A stretch of 64,000 nt of DNA from Pavona decussata (lineage: Eukaryota). This document shows, one piece after another, positions 25,050 to 35,610 of this stretch. The stretch covers positions 2,914,001-2,978,000 of the forward strand of contig CDRNST010000188.1 in NCBI GenBank assembly GCA_977016875.1, given 5' to 3'. Made by a program: the position numbers and the translations under genes. The notes beneath the pieces were generated by a model, which made no database searches, was not told the DNA's origin, and saw only the letters and a program-made list of their open reading frames with translations. Every line of letters begins with the position of its first letter. The first letter of the stretch is position 1.

Positions 25050-26438
25050 TCATGTATTTATTTTAAACTGTCCCGAACGAATCTTGACGGGAGGTCCTGC
25101 AGCTTCCCCAAAGGCCTGTCGGCGAGCCGGGCAGTAACTCTGATACTAGCCAAAACGACGGCAATGGTAACACTGCACAGAACGGAAGGAATGGCCACGC
25201 CCTCTCCCAGGAACACGATTGAACCCAGTGGTAGACAACCTCATGAACTTATCCACTTTGGACATCATGTCCAACACCTTTTCTTGATCCTTGTCACCCA
25301 GAATGACTTCCAGGTATTTCCTGAACTGGACGTCTGGGGTCGCCGATTTCTCCCTCAGGGAACGGAACGCCGCATCAAAAACCCTGCCCTAGGGTGATTC
25401 GTTTCCTTAGCAACCATCTTTAGATTGAGTAGAAGATCTAACGCCTGATCCTTGCTGAAAGACAGAGCCTTAAGAAGTAGCCTGATGTCTGCTAATGTGG
25501 AATCCACAGAAGCCTTTTGGGACTCCTCCAACCTTTTTAAACTCTGCAAAACTTGATCGAAGTTATGCCCCTCCTAGAACAAGGAAATAAAATCACAAAC
25601 CTTTAAGGCTAACTCTTTTTCTCTTTACTCTTAATCCTCAAAGTCTTTATTAGCCACACAGGCAAATAAATCCCTTTAGCCACACAGGCACACCAGTCTT
25701 CGGCCGCACAGGCAAATCAACTTTAGCCACACAGGCAATTAAATCTCTTTGGCCACACAGGCAAACCAGTGTCTAGCCACACAGGCAATTAAATCTCTTA
25801 AGCTTCACAGGCAAAACAGTCTTTTCCCACACAAGCAAATAAATCTCTTTGGCCACATAGGCACACCAGTCTTCGGCCGCACAGGCAAACCAACTTTAGC
25901 CACACAGGCAATTAAATCTCTTTGGCCACACAGGCAAACCAGTGTCTAGCCACACAGGCAATTAAATCTCTTAAGCCTCACAGGCAAAACAGTCTTAAGC
26001 CACACAGGCAAATAAATCTCTTTAACCATACAGGCAATTAAATCTCTTTATCCACAGAGGCAGTTAAATCCCTTAAGCCTCACAGGCAAAACAGTCTTTA
26101 GCCACACAAGCAATACAAAGTCTAATATGCATAAAATCATGCAGAAAATATATGTAACGGAATGCAAGAAACCACACCTTCCTAAGAAAGAAAACCGAAA
26201 CTTACAGGACTACTCTTGGTGAAATAACGACACTAGAAATGGCCACTAATGAAGAAAAACTACCGTTTACCTCAACAGCGTTCGCCGGATCAGCAGGGAG
26301 ATTTTGTTGACCTGCTTGACCTTCGTTCGCTTGTTCGACTCTCTGGTCCGCCAAAGCCGAAACCGGCGGAGGGACGTCAACAGCCGCTACCAAACCCGGG
26401 ACAGGAATCTCCGGGCGATGTAGAACCTGGTCAGCCAT
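25050..26438 (-). pseudogene. gag-like ORF1, apparently spliced (leader 26438-26271, body from 25573)
   Basis: MADQV...NAVE|GTAAAC donor. TTCCTTGTTCTAG acceptor is in frame with the helical ORF 25355-25549. Position is upstream of pol. Confidence 0.55.
25652..26110. repeat. Minisatellite (GCCACACAGGCA core, ~22-27 bp units, ~173-bp higher-order duplication)
   Basis: Repeated core is directly visible; the block at 25681 recurs at 25854. Confidence 0.9.
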
Positions 26439-28602
26439 AGAGTACAGCAGAAAAGGACAGGCGGAGAACACAGTCGAATAACAGAGTCGAAGGACGCCGT
26501 CGAAGAAGGCGGGTTTGTAGAAGAACACACGCCAAACAATCACTGACCGTGACTAGAGCAAAGTGCATTGAATAGAGCACATGTTTGTCTTTTATACATA
26601 CATTAATATTCATCCCCAGGAAATTAATTAACAATGCAAATTGAGTTTGCATAGGCGAGATCATCACCCCTGTTCGGAGCAAAGTCTTGTTTTAGTTAAT
26701 ACAGGCAATGGAACTCACGAACAATTTTCACTTCAAGCCTTCGCCATTACCACGCCATGATAAATTAGTCCAAGCACAAAAACTGTGCTCATTTGTCCCG
26801 TAAGTGGCTTGCAGTGGCATGATTAAATTTTGGCCTTTTTGAAAACGTTCTTAGCAAAAGTTAGAGACCGGAGAGTGACTGAGTTACTCACAAACGGTAG
26901 CATTTTGTAATTTAGAAAACTTCATACTCATTGGATATGCTACTGTAAAAGTTCTTAAGACTAACGTGGCAACCAAACTAAACGTTTCATGAAAATGTCT
27001 ATGGCTATAATAATTTCACATTTTTTGGATGCATTTGACAAAGAGTTCTTTAATTTGGTAAAAATGCTAGGTTTTGCCCCATTTCGCAATAAGGCGAGAA
27101 GATTATCATGCCGTCCCATCAAATGCACACACTGTACGCGCGTTCATTTATTCATTCAAACTTGATTAGTCTCAGGGGACTCTCCGTAGTGGACAACAGT
27201 GCACAAATGCACAAAGGGGGTTGGTTTCCAAACAAATTAGTTTTTACCCTCCTCAGCACCATAGTTAACTTTTTTGGGAGGAATTTGGTGACCGAAGGTG
27301 CTGTTTTGGTGCTGCGAGAATATGACAGGGCCAAAGCGGTCTAGTGACGTCACTGGTTTTATTAGTCTTACCACACAAAGTAAAATATGGGGGAAAAGAT
27401 CGTCCATTGGCTGTCTATAGAGCGCATTCAAATGAATTTAGAGGTCCAGCAAAGACAAGAGCACAACGCCTGATACATTATTTTTAAAGAAGGAAAAAGA
27501 TTTTGGATTGTGCTCTGTGCCTAATTTGTGTATTTATGAACGCGGTGGATGACTGCACGTGATGCATTTTCGAGTCATGAAACTTTGCATTCTCCAGTAT
27601 ACAGATTGCCAGAAACATCCATGATTTTCAGTTCACCGGTTCTTTTAATAAACGATATTATAAGATATGAAGATAGAAGTAAACCTTGGGAAAGTGAATT
27701 TGGAGTTGAAAAATGTGTGGACAACGAACGCCATTGGTTTGACTACAATATCAAACAGGCACGGGTCTAACATGCTGGGTACAACTTAAAATACTCATGT
27801 TTTCCAAGACTGTAAACGAAGACATTATTTTAAAGTTTCCTTCGGACATTTTCTAGGTGAGAATCAAAGAAAGGTAACCATTTCAATTCAGCTCTGAACA
27901 CAAAATTTCCATGATTTTTTAAGTCTGTTCGCTTAATGACCCGGCTTTGTGTCAACAGTATCAATGCTAAACGCTTCAGTTTGTGCTGGGGATTACAGTA
28001 TTCTTCAATGATTCCTTTTCTCTTTACAGCCTTTAAACAACAGAACACACAAAACTGGCTGATTTTAATATAGATCTTGGAAAGTAGATTACCAATTACC
28101 TGTAGCAAGAACAACTGATCAGAGATCGCCGAAAGTCAAGTTTTACCGCGGCGAACAACTGTATGCAAATTAGGCAAGTGGTCAAAACTACTATACTAGA
28201 ACAGAACCCACCAAACCACAAGATAGATAGTGGTCTTTTCCCGCACATCTCCCCCGTCTACACCAGAAGATTGTGTCTTTATTGCATAGCCACCCCTCTA
28301 TCCAGCAGTAAAATATGACAATGAGGTCCAAACGTCACTTTCGTTTTTATCTAGCAAAGTAACTCTTGGCTAGCTGAATATTTATGTCAACTTGAATTTC
28401 AAAGCCAATAATAAAATTTTGTTTGTAATGTTCCCTGCCTACAAACAAATCTCGTACCCAAATCTGCTCACTCTTCAGGAGAGAATACGTATAAACATCT
28501 GGGTACGAGATTAAAGTTTTTGGTTTTAAAAAAGGCATTAAACAGCAACAACGTTTATTGTCTTTTTCATTTGCCTATGGTAAAATCCGGAATGCTTCTA
28601 AC

Positions 28603-28683
28603 CTATTGTGATGCATCCTTTCTCTGATACAAGTTCTATGGCTCCTCCGCCAGCAACAAATCCGGATATTCCAACACACGAAC
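28603..28683 (-). CDS. Host gene exon 5 (GSCVGISGFVAGGGAIELVSEKGCITI)
   Basis: CTCACAG acceptor, G|GTTAGA donor, 81 nt, phase 1-1. Too short for the ORF track; supplies the expected GGGAI motif. Confidence 0.85.
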
Positions 28684-29485
28684 CTGTGAGATCAGCATTG
28701 ATAGTACACCATATGTTATTGTTATTACCCACCAGTGAACCAATCTCTCTTGTAGTCACTGTAAAAACTCAACTAACCCTACTGTAATTCTTCGAATTGG
28801 TTATGTTCCGACTGTGTAGTAGATAGTTTTCAATTTAGTCACCTAGATGAAGCATCTTTTAACCTGGTAAGTGTCGAAAATGCGTGTGGTATTGTCAACT
28901 TTGATGGTGATCGCTATCAAAGCCTTTGCTTTAATCCTCTGGACTATATTCATCGTGCTGGCAACCTCAATGACCTTGACCCTGAAACTAACTTTTGTAG
29001 AAGCTCCAGTACCTGTGTTTATTTTATTGAAGATCAGTTGAATGAATCAATCTCTCCCCTGTGGTTTAATGGCTTGAAATGTGCTGGTACGGTTAATTAA
29101 TTTTCTCACACTATTTCTATTTCGTACAGCGATATCGCACCCGTTCCTTTTTTAAACGATTTTAATTGTAGAAAATTTATTCATGGATGGCATGGCCTGG
29201 TCATCTCCACCCAAAACGTTTTAATTACACAAGTATGCAAACCGTCTTTGCACGGAACTATGTTCTTGCAGTAACTGAAACATGCTCTTTCCATTTCTGA
29301 AAACCATTTAGCTCCAACTATAAGTTTTGCGGTAATGAATCAGGTGACCAATTGTTGCCAAAGGCCTATTGATGGACAGTTTGTCTCTTAAAATGTCATG
29401 TCAGATGATTGCTAAGGTTACGCTACTAGACCTTATCTAATGCTCACATGCGAGTATTTCATAACAAGAAAAAACTTAAACTCGC

Positions 29486-29653
29486 CTCCGCTTCCACCTA
29501 GTAGTGATGCTAGGTTTTCCTTATCGTATGGATGACCCGACACTGACACATCAGAAGATCCAGCACTTCCTCCATGGCTTGAACCAAGTGTACAATAATA
29601 AGTAAGCAAATATGAAAGACCCGAACGTATCGTTAGACCTCCAGGACCAAGAC
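29486..29653 (-). CDS. Host gene exon 4 (GLGPGG...GSSHGGSAG...PYDKENLASLLGGSG)
   Basis: TCTTACACAG acceptor in phase 1, non-canonical GAG|GCGAGT donor, 168 nt. Confidence 0.85.
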
Positions 29654-29886
29654 CTGTGTAAGAAGAGATCACCTCAAATGACTTTGTTAAACACAAAAAT
29701 GACATTTATGACTTTCTGGCGTAAGAGGTGCAAGGGGAGGGGAGGAGAGAGAAATGAAATTATGAAGTGAAATATACAATGAAATAAAAAGAAGCTGTTA
29801 AAATCCCCTGTATAAGGACGGATTTAAGTGTTTTTAGTGTTAAGACTCTTAGCATGTTTTTGAAAAGAAATGTAATGTGATTATCA

Positions 29887-30195
29887 AGAAATATGGCTGA
29901 TAGGAATCGACGTTTCGGTGCATCTTGCGCCATTATCAAGGTTACATAATTAAAGATAAAAAGCGGTTTGTAAAAAGGCTAAGTTGAAGCGAATTTGCAT
30001 AACATAGCGGCAAGCTAATTACAGCACGTAGTAATTAGCTTGCCGCTATGTTATGCAAATTCGCTTCAACTTAGCCTTTTTACAAACCGCTTTTTATCTT
30101 TAATTATGTAACCTTGATAATGGCGCAAGATGCACCGAAACGTCGGTTCCTATCACTCATATTTCTTGTTTCATGTATTTCTAAGTCATTTCTTT
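29887..30195. mobile_element. Penelope-like fold-back insertion with variant hammerhead core
   Basis: ~138-bp inverted arms around an 8-nt loop (30023-30030). 14-bp TSD TAATGTGATTATCA (29873-29886, 30196-30209). TTGATAA-stem-GAAAC-GTC at 30114-30144. Confidence 0.75.
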
Positions 30196-30867
30196 TAATG
30201 TGATTATCACATAAAGAAAGACGATATCTGCCGTTTTTCCCTTCAGCAGACATGATTTATGTTGTATCTGATTGAAAAATAAGGCAGAAATTTCAGCAAA
30301 ATTTGAAAATTATAGATCGGTGTCGGTTTATTATTTGACAAAAAAAAAAATAAAGGCATTGCTGCACTGGAAACGCTAGTTAGTAAAATAATTTCCGTTA
30401 CAATTTTAAAAATTTGTGCGAGTGCGAAGTTTGGTATATAAAACAATCGTTGGTATCTCTTTATTGTATTCTGCAGGATGTAAGGTAAAGTACTATAATT
30501 TATTGTAATTAATCTAACTTAATGGTTTCTAACATAGTCTTATATCGCATTGTAAATATTTTATTGTGTTTAAGTATTATATGTAAGTATTGTAAATGTA
30601 AGGAAAATGTTCTATTGTAAGCGTCATCATGCAAGCTAAGTCGTGTATTTTTTTTGTAAGTGTTTCAAAAATAAACGTTGTATTAAAAAAAATCGTTGAT
30701 TTGATTTGTTCACTGCTCAATTACTACCGTTTGGCATGATAACTTGCAATACAACCATTAGCAAAAACCACAGTTATCGATCAAATTCATGACAATCAGT
30801 TTTTAGCCTGCAGAAGGATTATAAAACTTTTAAATAGAGGTCATCAGAAAAGAGAAAATCTTCTCAC

Positions 30868-30961
30868 CTTTAAATACTGTTTCACCATGAAGTCCCACTG
30901 ACTGCGGTGATGATGACTGTGTGAACCCACCAAGACATGTTGTATCCAGCACCTCCTCGCC
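30868..30961 (-). CDS. Host gene exon 3, 3' part (GEEVLDTTCLGGFTQSSSPQSVGLHGETVFK), cut off by the LINE
   Basis: In frame with 35339-35610 once the LINE and one TSD copy are removed; AAG|GTGAGA donor. Confidence 0.85.
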
Positions 30962-31053
30962 ACAGGTTTATAAGACTGACTGCTTGTCCGCTCCGGACGT
31001 GTTGTTAACCGCTCCAAAGTATTTCGACAAAACTTAACACTACTTTGCCAGAA

Positions 31054-31884
31054 ATGCCTACAGACACAGTTAAAAGTCTCAGGAAGAAAAACGACAAATT
31101 ACAAGCGCAATTGGAGGTGCTACAGAATGAGTTCAAGAACTTGGAATCTTCTCTCGCTGACAGAGAAGTACAAGCTGCATCTGAGAGTAATGGCGGCTCG
31201 CACGACAACGACGACATCGACAACGAGTCAGTTAAATGTCTTGAGTTTCTTAGTGCGGAGTATGATTCTCTGTCTGCTTTCCGAAAGGAAGCTAAAGAAC
31301 AACTTCAAGGTCTTACTAAGAAGTTAAACAGTCTAGTGGAGCAAGTAGGAGAAATTGCCGAAGCTATCGACGCCATTGACCGCTATAGTTATCAGTACAA
31401 CGTCAAAATAGTTGGGATTCCTGAAGTGAATTCTCCCGAAACTGCTTTGGATACATCTACTTTATGCGTCAAATTATTTAAAGAAATGGGAGTGGAAATT
31501 TCCCTGCAAGATATCGATATCGCCCACCGTGTTCCGACCAGAAGCGCTTCTTCAGGCTCTCCCCCGATCATTTGTAAGTTCACAAGAAGGCTTGTTAAAG
31601 ACCAAGTTATCAATCGCCGTCGAGAAATCAGAGCGGTTTCTCCAAGTCTCCTTGGACTATCAACTGAAGTGTCCTTATCTCAAGCTGCGGTATACGATCA
31701 TTTAACCCCGAAGACTCAGAGATTGCTCATTGACGCGAAGAAGTTTCAAGAGGAACATCGCTACAGTTTTTGCTGGGTGAAGAACTGTTCTATCTTCCTG
31801 CGGAAATCCGCAACTTCCCGTCCAGTAAAGATCAAGAACCACACTGAACTCCAGCGTCTCGCTGAACCGACCAGCTCAAGATAA
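31054..31884 (+). CDS. LINE ORF1 (coiled coil + RRM/CTD-type nucleic-acid chaperone)
   Basis: Heptad-rich N-terminus; NVKIVGIPE, DIDIAHRV, PIICKF, DHLTP and FCWVKN motifs. First ATG at 31054. Confidence 0.9.
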   Translation: MPTDTVKSLRKKNDKLQAQLEVLQNEFKNLESSLADREVQAASESNGGSHDNDDIDNESVKCLEFLSAEYDSLSAFRKEAKEQLQGLTKKLNSLVEQVGEIAEAIDAIDRYSYQYNVKIVGIPEVNSPETALDTSTLCVKLFKEMGVEISLQDIDIAHRVPTRSASSGSPPIICKFTRRLVKDQVINRRREIRAVSPSLLGLSTEVSLSQAAVYDHLTPKTQRLLIDAKKFQEEHRYSFCWVKNCSIFLRKSATSRPVKIKNHTELQRLAEPTSSR

Positions 31885-31916
31885 GTTATCTCATTTATAT
31901 TAAAAGTATCAATATT

Positions 31917-34900
31917 ATGCCGATCGCAAACGATGCTGATCTGTCATCTCTTCCTTTCAATCACTTAGACAATGCTTCTTTCAACACAGTTTTATACGAA
32001 TTATCTCATGGACCTTTAAACTATGACACTGAACGCTTAAATAGTCTTTTATTTAACCCAACTGATCAATCGAAGTCTTCCGACTTTTATACTAGTCAAC
32101 TTGACCCAGACAGAAACTTTTCATTCTGTTCTACTTCTAGTAACTATTTTGTCGAAGATGAAATTAATGCTAAAGCCTCTACTGAGCATTACAACCCGAA
32201 TTTTTCTGTACTTCATTTGAATGCACGTAGTCTAATTAGAAATTTTGACAAGTTTAAATTCCTACTAGGTCGTCTGCAAAAGCCTTTTTCTGCGATTGCG
32301 GTATCTGAAACTTGGCTAAATGATCTATCTGCTGATCTAGTCAATATTCCGGGATACGCTTTTATTTCAAATCACCGTGGTACTAAATCTGGCGGTGGAA
32401 CGGGTCTTTATTTGCAAGACAATCTTGATTACAAAATTTGTTCAGACTGTAATGTCTCTGATCCAGATGTCATTGAATCGTTGTTTGTAGAAATTTCAGT
32501 CCCCCATGGGAAAAATATAATAGTAGGCGTCATCTATCGCCCTCCAAATCATCACCTAACCGGCTTCATGGAAAAATTCACTGACATCCTCTCAAAACTC
32601 TCTAGAAGTGACAAGTGCTGTTACCTCACCGGCGACTTTAATTTGGACCTCCTGCGATACGCCGACCACGAACCCACTCAAGAATTTGTTGATTGTCTGT
32701 TTTCGCACATGTTTGTTCCTCTAATCAACAGACCAACTCGTATTACTGCACACTCGGCCACTTTAATTGACAACATATTCACAAATCATTTCTCACCTAG
32801 CGTTTTAAAAGGCATTGTCATAAGTGACATATCTGATCATTTACCAGTATTTGCGTATGTCTCTGATGACTCTTTTGTTCATGTTCATAAAAGAATTGGC
32901 AACCGACCTGTGAGAAACTTCTCTACGGCAAATTTAAATAATTTCAAAACTCGCCTCTCTCAAGTCGATTGGACTGAACTTCTACATGATAAAGACCCCA
33001 ATGATTCTTACAATAAATTCTTGTCCGAATATTCGCGGCTTTATAATTTATGTTTCCCATTGAAGCCTCATAAAGTTAAGAATTGTAAAAGGCCTTATTC
33101 CCCATGGATAACCAAATCTTTATTAGCTTCTGTTCGAAAGAAAAACAAGCTGTATAGACAATTACTGAGATCACCTAATCCAACGAGGGAGTTACAATAT
33201 AAGTCTTACAGAAACAAATTAACCCATCTCATTAGAATTGCCAAACGCCATTATTATGACCAAAGGTTTGCTTCGGCTAAAAATGACCTAAAGGAGACCT
33301 GGAAATTAATCAATGAAGTTATCAACAAGCGTAAATGTAGACCTCCTTTTCCTTCGTCATTTAGATCTGATGGTAGCATTCTTACCGACCCTGTAGAAAT
33401 AGCAAATGGATTCTGTAATTATTTTGCTAACGTAGGACCTAATTTAGCAGCGAAAATACCTCCGGTGAACTCTTCTTTCCACTCTTTTTTGAATGATCAG
33501 ATCAATGAGTCTCTGATTTTGAAGCCGACGACTGTTGAAGAGCTGAATGGAATCTGTATGTCCATGAAGTCTGGGAAAGCCCCAGGATATGACGATATTT
33601 CTATGTATGTTATCAAAAACACTTTTGAAGTAGTATCGGAACCTCTTAAGAATATTATTAATTTATCCTTTTCCAAAGGAATATTCCCAGACAAGCTAAA
33701 ACTTGCCAAAGTGATTCCTGTATTTAAAGGTGATGAACCGGATTTATTCACTAATTACAGACCAATCTCACTACTTCCTAATTTTTCGAAATTCTTCGAA
33801 AAGGTCATGCACAATCGACTAGTAGAATTCGCAAATAGCCATGATATCTTTTACCAACTCCAGTTTGGTTTTCGTAAAAACCATTCCACTGCGCTGTCGC
33901 TAACTTACCTTGTTAATAAAATTGCAACGTCCATTGACCAAAATGAAATCACGGCAGGTGTTTTTCTTGACCTTTCTAAAGCGTTTGACACGCTAGACCA
34001 CCAAATCTTATTTGAGAAACTTGAACATTATGGTGTCTGTGGACTAGCATTGCAATGGATTAAAAGTTATTTCTCCAACCGTACCCAATTCGTCCAGATC
34101 AACGATACCCGTTCCTCCGAACAGATAATTAGATGCGGTGTTCCACAGGGTTCCATATTAGGCCCTTTACTTTTCATATTATATATCAATGATCTTCCCA
34201 AAACAACCAGACTGGCAGAATGCCTGCTCTTTGCAGATGACACTAGTATCTTTTACTCCAATTCAGACCCTGATCATGTTGCCTCTGTAATGAATAGTGA
34301 ACTGACTAAGATTAGCTTATGGATGAAATCAAACAAACTTTCTGTTAACATAAAGAAAACCAATTATGTTATATTTAAACCCAAACAAAAATCTGTCCGC
34401 ATGAGCTCCCAAATTTCACTTGACAGTATACCCCTCAAGCAAGTAACAGAAGTTAAGTTCTTAGGTATTTATATTGATGAAGGTCTCACCTGGAAATCGC
34501 ATATCAGTTATATTTGCAAGAAAATCTCTAAGTCCGTTGGTATAATGTACAGATTTCGTTTCCTTTTGTCATCAAACACTAAAAAATCTTTGTATTATAC
34601 CTTAATTTATCCCTATTTAACTTATTGTACTACAGTTTGGTCTTCTACTTATGTAACAAACTTAAATCGCATTTTTCTTCTTCAAAAACGAGCTGTGCGA
34701 GCTATGACAAATTCAAATCACCTTGCACCTTCTGCACCTTTATTTGCACAACTGAATATCCTAGATATTTTTAAAGTGAATTCCTTTTATATTGCAAAAT
34801 TTATGTTTTCCTATCACCAACGTTTGCTGCCTTCGCCCTTTCTAAATTTATTTCCGACTGGTGGTCAAATTCATAATTATGATACCAGAACCTCAGCTCA

Positions 34901-35048
34901 TTTTCGACCTCACACCTGCCGAACTAATATCAAGCAATTTACTATACTCTATAGAGGGCCAAAAATATGGAATGCTTTGCCATTATCAATTACGTCTTCC
35001 CCTAGTCTATCCACCTTCAAAAGAAAGCTTCTTGATTTCCTCAGTTAA
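31917..35048 (+). CDS. LINE ORF2: AP endonuclease + reverse transcriptase (1043 aa)
   Basis: LNARSL, SETWL, GDFN and SDHLP (APE); NYRPISLL, DLSKAFD, GVPQGSILGP and FADD (RT). Uninterrupted. Confidence 0.97.
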   Translation: MPIANDADLSSLPFNHLDNASFNTVLYELSHGPLNYDTERLNSLLFNPTDQSKSSDFYTSQLDPDRNFSFCSTSSNYFVEDEINAKASTEHYNPNFSVLHLNARSLIRNFDKFKFLLGRLQKPFSAIAVSETWLNDLSADLVNIPGYAFISNHRGTKSGGGTGLYLQDNLDYKICSDCNVSDPDVIESLFVEISVPHGKNIIVGVIYRPPNHHLTGFMEKFTDILSKLSRSDKCCYLTGDFNLDLLRYADHEPTQEFVDCLFSHMFVPLINRPTRITAHSATLIDNIFTNHFSPSVLKGIVISDISDHLPVFAYVSDDSFVHVHKRIGNRPVRNFSTANLNNFKTRLSQVDWTELLHDKDPNDSYNKFLSEYSRLYNLCFPLKPHKVKNCKRPYSPWITKSLLASVRKKNKLYRQLLRSPNPTRELQYKSYRNKLTHLIRIAKRHYYDQRFASAKNDLKETWKLINEVINKRKCRPPFPSSFRSDGSILTDPVEIANGFCNYFANVGPNLAAKIPPVNSSFHSFLNDQINESLILKPTTVEELNGICMSMKSGKAPGYDDISMYVIKNTFEVVSEPLKNIINLSFSKGIFPDKLKLAKVIPVFKGDEPDLFTNYRPISLLPNFSKFFEKVMHNRLVEFANSHDIFYQLQFGFRKNHSTALSLTYLVNKIATSIDQNEITAGVFLDLSKAFDTLDHQILFEKLEHYGVCGLALQWIKSYFSNRTQFVQINDTRSSEQIIRCGVPQGSILGPLLFILYINDLPKTTRLAECLLFADDTSIFYSNSDPDHVASVMNSELTKISLWMKSNKLSVNIKKTNYVIFKPKQKSVRMSSQISLDSIPLKQVTEVKFLGIYIDEGLTWKSHISYICKKISKSVGIMYRFRFLLSSNTKKSLYYTLIYPYLTYCTTVWSSTYVTNLNRIFLLQKRAVRAMTNSNHLAPSAPLFAQLNILDIFKVNSFYIAKFMFSYHQRLLPSPFLNLFPTGGQIHNYDTRTSAHFRPHTCRTNIKQFTILYRGPKIWNALPLSITSSPSLSTFKRKLLDFLS

Positions 35049-35338
35049 TTGCATGAAACGTCCGACTCTGTTATGTTTTTATAGTCTTACCACCACCGTA
35101 TGTTAAAAAATCTCAACACAATGTCTTTACTGGTCTTTAAGTCCCAACATATCTCCGAGGAGACCTCTCAGTATAAGCCCGGGGGTTTCTTGAGGTCTCC
35201 TCGCCACTTCTTACTTCTTTTACTATTTTTTTTTATTTACTCTAAACTTATGTACTTGTAATCCTAGTCTATTATTCATTGTAACTTTCTATGTTTGTAT
35301 GTCGTGGTGAATAAATAAATAAATAAATAAATAAAATT

Positions 35339-35610
35339 ACAGGTCATGTTAATATCTGTTTCTATCCAAATGTTCCCATTCTGACTGGTTAGACTCAGAG
35401 CATATTTTCCAAATACTTTAACTGTTGAACCGCTTCTGAACTTAATGTCACTACTGAACGTTATACTGGCAACAAGATGGTCACCATGTGAAGAGCTTCT
35501 GTATTGAAGTGATGCGTTGAAAGTGCAAGCAGCACAACTGGTGTTCACAACAGATGGAGCAGTCGTGTTGATCTCAAGTACGTCACCACTGTTTAGTATG
35601 AGTACACCAG
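35339..35610 (-). CDS. Host gene exon 3, 5' part (SGVLILNSGD...IETDINMTC)
   Basis: TTTCTCTTTGTCTAG acceptor in phase 1 matches the exon 2 donor; the frame runs into the LINE tail. Confidence 0.85.

Larger units (their letters stand above)
20519..26654 (-). mobile_element. Full-length PAT/Ngaro-type tyrosine-recombinase retrotransposon (DIRS order) with split direct repeats; ORFs decayed
   Basis: A1 26531-26654 = A2 20669-20792 and B1 20789-20846 = B2 20519-20576. Gene order is gag, RT-RNaseH-MT, YR. No conventional TSD; the junctions share an ATAG core. Confidence 0.92.
30968..35338 (+). mobile_element. Full-length intact CR1/L2-group (Crack-like) LINE
   Basis: Two open ORFs, 3' stem-loop at 35156-35203, (AATA)n tail, TSD ACAGGT at 30962-30967 and 35339-35344. 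Confidence 0.95.

Noticed and set aside
25652-26110. CRISPR-like appearance (constant core with variable spacers)
   Set aside because: The core is only 12 bp, the spacers are short and related to each other, there are no cas genes, and the context is a eukaryotic retroelement.
31005-33751. Short antisense or alternate-frame ORFs overlapping the LINE and YR element
   Set aside because: Shadows of the real coding frames with no recognisable motifs.
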